Assembly (NCBI GenBank): GCA_965222375.1
Contig: CBDCTZ010000016.1
Coordinates: forward strand, 1,728,001 to 1,792,000
DNA: 64,000 bases
Direction: 5' to 3'
Source of the DNA: Polyangiaceae bacterium
GTDB lineage: Bacteria; Myxococcota_A; Polyangia; Polyangiales; Polyangiaceae
Both the position numbers and the translations under genes were made by a program. Under the pieces are notes generated by a model, which worked only from the letters and a program-made list of their open reading frames with translations, did no database searches and was not told the origin of the DNA. The number at the start of each line of letters is the position of its first letter. Positions within the stretch are counted from its first letter, which is position 1. Below are positions 59,020 to 64,000 of this stretch, piece after piece.

Positions 59020-59895
59020 CTATTCGTCGCGCCGAGCACTGACCCACCAAGCGCCCGCTCGAAAACGGACCTCGCCGCCGACTTGTCGCTCGTCTAGAGC
59101 GCTCTGGAGTGCTGAGTGTAATGCTTGCCGCTGAGTGTGGTCGGCTTCACGCAGGAATGCTGCCATGGGACCGACGCGGCTGAAGAATTCGCACGCTTCT
59201 TGAAGGGGAAAAGCCAGTTCGTGATCGAGGGCTTCGACGCCCACGTCGTCGAAGCCTGCGCCGATCAGCAGTTCGACTATGTCCGCGCCGCTTTGCATTC
59301 GAAAGGGCCCGGGTGCAGTGGGGTCGACGCTGGGCAGGTCGACGACGCTAGAGGCCGCAGTGGTGGGAACGGTGGCCCACTCGTTCTCCTGGCGGCCACG
59401 CCAACACAGAAAGCCCATGCGCCCGCCCAGGGTGAGAGACTGTCGAAGGTTGTCGAAGGCGGCGTGGGGATCTGCGAAGAACATTACGCCGAAGCGCGAG
59501 AAAACCAGATCAACGGGTTCCGTCGGACGGAAGGTCTCAGCATCCGCCTCGAGCAGCTCTACGTGTCGGTGTTCGGAAAGGGCGGTTTTGGCGGCATCCA
59601 ACATCACGCGGCAGATGTCGACGCCGACAACTTCGCCCTTGGAGCCTACGGCTTCGGCAAGGGCGGCCGTTGACGCTCCCGTCCCACAGCCGACGTCGAG
59701 AACGCGTTCTCCGGCTTTGGGCGCCAGTCGTTGCAAGGCGCCAGTCAAAAAGTGTTCACTCATCCGATCGAGACGAGCTTTCTCCTCCACCCAAACCGGA
59801 CCCGCGATGTTGTTCCAGAAGTCGGACTGCGCTGTGTTGGAAGTGCTCGTCACCAAAGCCACGCTAGCACTGACGTGTGGTTGCGGCACCCACAT
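59020..59895 (-). CDS. Class I SAM-dependent methyltransferase (start uncertain)
   Basis: FWN...GPVW, VLDVGCGTG, SRFGVMFF and APGPF motifs. Confidence 0.85.
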   Translation of the reverse strand: MWVPQPHVSASVALVTSTSNTAQSDFWNNIAGPVWVEEKARLDRMSEHFLTGALQRLAPKAGERVLDVGCGTGASTAALAEAVGSKGEVVGVDICRVMLDAAKTALSEHRHVELLEADAETFRPTEPVDLVFSRFGVMFFADPHAAFDNLRQSLTLGGRMGFLCWRGRQENEWATVPTTAASSVVDLPSVDPTAPGPFRMQSGADIVELLIGAGFDDVGVEALDHELAFPLQEACEFFSRVGPMAAFLREADHTQRQALHSALQSALDERQVGGEVRFRAGAWWVSARRDE

Positions 59896-60045
59896 GCGGG
59901 TCAAGGCGCCGAGGGAATCGGTGCCGCCATCCCGACGCCCTGATCGTGGAGCTGGGCGGCGGCTGCCCCCTTTTTGACTTGACAGGGTGGCGGTCACGGC
60001 GCCAGGAGCATCCTCATGCACCATGGCGCTAAATTGGGGCGACGA

Positions 60046-60330
60046 TGTCCGCTGTCCCATTCTAGTCGATCCCGCTTGGCAGCTGACTCAAAACGACATG
60101 ATCGTCGTTGTGGTTGCCGGCGGGCTGACGGGTACGACTGGCAACCTGGTTCCGACAAACAAAGCGGCGGTCTACGACGGCAATACGAAGACCTGGAGCG
60201 CGACGGGCGACATGAAGGCTGCTCGAGCGCACCACGCCTCTGCCCTCAAGCCCATCGCAGGAAAGGTGTACACCTCCGGCGGTTACGATCCTGTTGGAGA
60301 CACGTACCTAAACAGCTTGGCGGCCGCGGT
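60046..60330 (+). pseudogene. Remnant of a Kelch-repeat protein
   Basis: ILVDPAW...VVAGG...VYDGNTKTWSATGDMKAARAHH...KVYTSGG; only about one repeat and no good start. Confidence 0.55.
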
Positions 60331-60401
60331 GACGGTGGGCGCCTCTCAGGGCTGGTGGTGCTATTGTTTGCGGGTTGGTATCGGCGTCGCCGAAAAGCGG
60401 C

Positions 60402-60430
60402 TTGACAATCTCTTGTAGCCGGCGCAATCA
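60402..60430 (+). promoter_or_regulatory. Putative sigma70 promoter of the tRNA
   Basis: TTGACA at 60402 with a weak -10 region, 40 bp upstream of the tRNA. Confidence 0.4.
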
Positions 60431-60441
60431 GCCGGCCCCAA

Positions 60442-60515
60442 GCGCCCGTAGCTCAGCCGGATAGAGCGATGGATTTCTAATCCATTGGTCGCAGGTTCGA
60501 ATCCTGCCGGGCGTG
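60442..60515 (+). tRNA. tRNA-Arg(TCT), CCA not encoded
   Basis: GCGCCCG/CGGGCGT acceptor stem, GCTC...GAGC D arm, ATGGA-TT TCT AA-TCCAT anticodon arm, GCAGG-TTCGAAT-CCTGC T arm. Confidence 0.97.
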
Positions 60516-60519
60516 CTGC

Positions 60520-60860
60520 TCAGTTCTGTGTGGCCTCAACCACAATCGCTTCCACCATGTCCGCAACCGCTGCGACGGGCGGAGCGCCGCCGAAGGTGCT
60601 CTGGCGATCTCCCGGAGCCGTCGCCACCTCGTAGCCCAGGGAGGGATGCGCGATGAAGAAGCCGTCCTCGCGCAACTGGGCTAGGTTTCGCTGCGCGGAT
60701 ACTGAGCGAAGCATGTCCTCGTTCATGGCGGGCACGAGCAGCACCGGTTTTCGCGCGCTGATGGCCAAGGCGGATACCACCGTCGAGCAATCCCCCGTGC
60801 CAATCCGCGATAGCGTCGTTGCTGTCGCGGGATAGACGACGCGCGTGAGGTCAGCAGAAG
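60520..60860 (-). pseudogene. C-terminal half of an HFCD flavoprotein (CoaBC/EpiD-like)
   Basis: AD..VVYPATATTLSRIGTG...PVLLVPAMNEDM...NLAQLREDG; the N-terminal half and catalytic His region are missing. Confidence 0.65.
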
Positions 60861-60959
60861 CGCCACTGAATCGACGCACCGATCCATCGCTGGCGATCAG
60901 GCTCAGGCTGTCACTTCGCTCGAAGATCCGAACAAGCGCGGCGCGTCGTAGCTGCGCTT

Positions 60960-61210
60960 TCAACAGCAACCAGCGCCGATAAAAGCTGCCCCCGAAGTGC
61001 GCTCCGCTCCTCCGCAGTCGCCAGCATTGTCGGCGGTTCCCCCGTCCACATCCGTGTCGGCGTCCACAGCCGCGTCGGTGCTCGCGGTGGCGTCGGCACC
61101 CGCGTCGGCTGAGGCGTCCTGGGCCCACGCCACGCCCACGTGGACTCCAGTCAGTACGGTGAAAGCGATGGCGGGGGGAGATGCAGGCGAGCAATGCGTC
61201 GAAGGTTCAT
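60960..61210 (-). pseudogene. Frameshifted N-terminal remnant of a secreted protein
   Basis: MNLRRIARLHL, frameshift in a C-run, then AIAFTVLTGVHVGVAWAQDASADAGADA... and an early stop. Confidence 0.4.
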
Positions 61211-61322
61211 TCAGTGCCTCCTAGTAGAGCCTGCAGTTTGGAGCAACTGCTGTGCCATGCATGACGTCCGAGCACTCCCAACCGCCCTCTTGGCCGCCCA
61301 GGCCCGCCTGATACAGGGCGCT

Positions 61323-62855
61323 CTAGCGGCAGGCGCTCACGAAGAAGTGGTTGTTGTGATACTTCCAAACTGGCTTCGTGTAGCGGCCGCCGCCCTTGTA
61401 CTGCGCTTTGACTTCGCCTTGATTGACCCGGCAGAACGCATCGCCTTTCGACTTGGTCATGATGAAGGCCCACTTTTCCTTGCTCAGGGGAACGCCGAGG
61501 CCGTTTTTCTTGATCTTCCAAGCGGAGTTGATCGCCCTAGCCTTCAAGATCTCGGCTCCTTTGATCTTGCGGGTGGCGGCAGGTTTCAAGGAAGCCTCGA
61601 AGTAGCGCGCATCTTTTGGAAACGCGCTGCGTTTGGCGGCGACTTTCAGCGCGGACCTAAAGGCAGCCTGTTGGTTAGCCAGGGGTGTGAAGGTGCTGCG
61701 TTTCGCTCGGCCACTGAACTGGCGATAGTACTTGTCGTACTTCTCGAAGTAGCGATTCACCGTCTTTTCTGGGTTGGCAAGGCTGGAGTAGTTGTTCGGT
61801 GTGATGGCGCCGCTCTTTTTCAGGGCGCTAATGGCCTTCTTCTGCTTGCCAATTAGTTTCTTCACCTCGTCCTTGGCGTTCGCGTCTACAAACTTGAGCG
61901 CCAGCTTCTTGTAGTTCCGCGCAAGTCCGCAGGTTACCTTGGGGAATCGCCTCTCTCGATCAAACTTGGACTGAGGGATCGATTCGTACTTCCGAGACGC
62001 GCATTTCTTGGCAAAGTCCCTCGAGAACTTGCCGAGGTCGTCGACCTTCTGTCGCATCCACTCGTAGCGCCCCGTCTTGTACTTGCCCTTGGACGCAGCA
62101 TAGAGGAGATCGAGCAGGATGTTTTGATCGACGATTTGGTCATACTCGGTGCGGAGCGCTAGCTGATTGTAGACGGCCTTGTGGCGGTCTGCGGCCTTCT
62201 TGTTCGCCGCGTTGACCGCCTTCTTGAACTTGGCCAGCTCTGACTTCCAGGCAGCGATCGGGAACTTGGCGTCTTTCCCGAGGATCTTCACGAAGTACTT
62301 CGTCTCGAGTTTCCTGAAGTCGTCGGCCATGTCTCTTCTAAGCCGGTCGTCCTTCTGAAACTTTCTTGCAGCGATCTTCTTTCGCAGGCTCTTCATGAAC
62401 ATGCGCGCCATTCGGATCTCCATGGCTGCCGGGTGGGTCTTGACGTCCATGGTGTCCGCGCTGGAGGTTCCCTTGGCCGCGGGCTTCGAGGACGTGCCGC
62501 TGGCTTTCTCGGCAGTGTCGACCATGCGTTCGAACTTCGTAATTTCCGCAAGCTGTTTACTGATGTTCCAACGTGGGTCCTTCTTCGCTACCTCGGCAAA
62601 CCTTGCGCGCACGCTCGCAATGTTCTTCCTTGCACTCTTGCGCGTCAGCGCACTCTTCTTCCACGAATCCCGCGAGAAGCGGCGCCGAAGGTTCTTCAAG
62701 GCGTATTCAGCGTTGCTGATCTCCCGTTCCGCAGTGCTTTTCTTGGTGCTCGTGCTCGATTTGGCGTTTCTATCGGCCCCGCCGGGCGCGGCCGATAGCA
62801 GCGGCGCGGTTAGCGTGAGGCCAGCGATCAAGGTAACTACGTGATTCAGTTTCAT
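61323..62855 (-). CDS. Secreted Lys-rich, largely helical hypothetical protein
   Basis: GGAG RBS; signal peptide; 510-aa ORF; C-terminal WKIKKNGLGVPL...YKGGGRY. Confidence 0.75.
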   Translation of the reverse strand: MKLNHVVTLIAGLTLTAPLLSAAPGGADRNAKSSTSTKKSTAEREISNAEYALKNLRRRFSRDSWKKSALTRKSARKNIASVRARFAEVAKKDPRWNISKQLAEITKFERMVDTAEKASGTSSKPAAKGTSSADTMDVKTHPAAMEIRMARMFMKSLRKKIAARKFQKDDRLRRDMADDFRKLETKYFVKILGKDAKFPIAAWKSELAKFKKAVNAANKKAADRHKAVYNQLALRTEYDQIVDQNILLDLLYAASKGKYKTGRYEWMRQKVDDLGKFSRDFAKKCASRKYESIPQSKFDRERRFPKVTCGLARNYKKLALKFVDANAKDEVKKLIGKQKKAISALKKSGAITPNNYSSLANPEKTVNRYFEKYDKYYRQFSGRAKRSTFTPLANQQAAFRSALKVAAKRSAFPKDARYFEASLKPAATRKIKGAEILKARAINSAWKIKKNGLGVPLSKEKWAFIMTKSKGDAFCRVNQGEVKAQYKGGGRYTKPVWKYHNNHFFVSACR

Positions 62856-63314
62856 GGCTCGTTTCTCCGAGTGGGTTCGCCGAAGCTAGCGACGCCGACG
62901 AGCTTCGGCACTCGATAGAATCGGACATTTCTCGTGCTCGCCTGCTATGCGTCCCGCTTCGATGAGCCAGCGTGGGATCGCTCAATGAGACCCCGCCGCT
63001 AGGGCTCCACCCCACGCACGAACAAGATCGTCATGCTGCTGATCTGCGTGCCCTTCTTCATCCCAGGGCGGGGGGTGCTTGCGGGCGGTGTGGGATGAGT
63101 GCTGTGGCGTAACCGTACGGGAATAGACGTCTCCGTGGCGGCGCTGAAGTACCACGTCTATAGGGCGCGCCGAGGTAGCGAGGGCCGGCAATCCCGACTG
63201 TTGCCGGTGCGAACCAGCGACAGTGGGCCGACGTTGCAGGTGGAGCTCGGCCAGGTCCGGTGCAGCGCCAATCGTGCGTAGACATCCGGCGAAGGTCGAT
63301 TGACTATCCGCTCC

Positions 63315-64000
63315 ATGCTGAGTTTGTCTGATTTCATCGCACTGTTGGGTGCTGGGGCGCTGTCGACGTTATGCGTAGCAGGGTGCGGACCGGGGACGAT
63401 TGGCGGTGCGGTGCGGCCCGATGAACCGACGCTGAGCAAGGGGCTGTGTGACAGTGTGGCCGATCAAGGGCAGCCCTTGGTCGTGGATTGGAAAGCCCAC
63501 GAGCGCGCTCTGGTGGAGGCCACGATGCGAGATGGTGTGGCCGTGGTGAAGTACAGCTGCGACGGACTCGAGGTGCTCAAAGACTGCAAGTTGAAGGGCG
63601 ACTACGGGTTCCTTGGTGTCAGCCGCAAGGAGGAGCTGGTGCAGCTCAGCGACGCCGACGAAATCCGCGCCAACCTGCCTGCCTTTGGTGTCGAGCTGGC
63701 GGGAGAGATCCAACGAGACTCGTCACTCAACGTGGGCATGGTCATGGTGGGCATGAAACGAACGACCGTCAGTGCCGCAAACAAGCAGCAGCTCGAAGGA
63801 AGCTGCGGCGGCGCTACGCATTTCGTACGCGGAGCGTTTACGGGTGCTTTCGTAATGACCAAAGGCACCCGCGGCCACGTGGCAACGGCGGCGACGGTGT
63901 TCGGAAAAGGCGCCTCTGCGTCGAGCACGTCGTCGAAGCGTTCCGAAAACCGCGACGGAGACGTGAAGGCCTGCGACGCGGTGAAGAATGGTTCCTCGGA
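63315..64000 (+). CDS. Myxobacterial lipoprotein, partial (runs off the window)
   Basis: Manual translation: MLSLSDFIALLGAGALSTLCVAGCGPG...PLVVDWKAHERALVEATMRDGVAVVKYSC...ATHFVRGA, open to the end. Confidence 0.75.
   Translation, partial: MLSLSDFIALLGAGALSTLCVAGCGPGTIGGAVRPDEPTLSKGLCDSVADQGQPLVVDWKAHERALVEATMRDGVAVVKYSCDGLEVLKDCKLKGDYGFLGVSRKEELVQLSDADEIRANLPAFGVELAGEIQRDSSLNVGMVMVGMKRTTVSAANKQQLEGSCGGATHFVRGAFTGAFVMTKGTRGHVATAATVFGKGASASSTSSKRSENRDGDVKACDAVKNGSS

Overview
GC-rich bacterial window, very probably from a myxobacterium (Myxococcota, Polyangiaceae/Sorangiineae-like), judged from MYXO-CTERM-like tails, many Gly-rich/Cys-rich lipoproteins, a TPR-PEGA protein and Stig1-like repeats. 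Recognisable content: cysD-cysNC, aat, a crtY-crtE-crtI-crtB-orf-carH carotenoid operon with a CarH-type operator, an ABC transporter, a UbiB kinase, a pseudopilin, trmO, an OPT transporter, a P450, pgi, cutA, an M19 dipeptidase, a glyoxalase and tRNA-Arg(TCT). The most striking structure is an 8.8-kb operon of six DUF4139-like genes (33220-41983, minus strand). It is three copies of a two-gene unit (lipoprotein B + secreted A). The paralogs are highly conserved except for one ~20-24 aa loop that differs completely in every copy, like a diversified bait or specificity loop. Also notable: a ~29-bp piece of a MITE-like repeat found in frame inside a four-helix-bundle gene; a bacterial protein resembling fungal sphingolipid C9-methyltransferases; a ~1-kb group II intron that has lost its RT core; a degenerate APS-kinase domain; and gene remnants around the tRNA. 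All family assignments come from motif recognition by eye; no searches were run.
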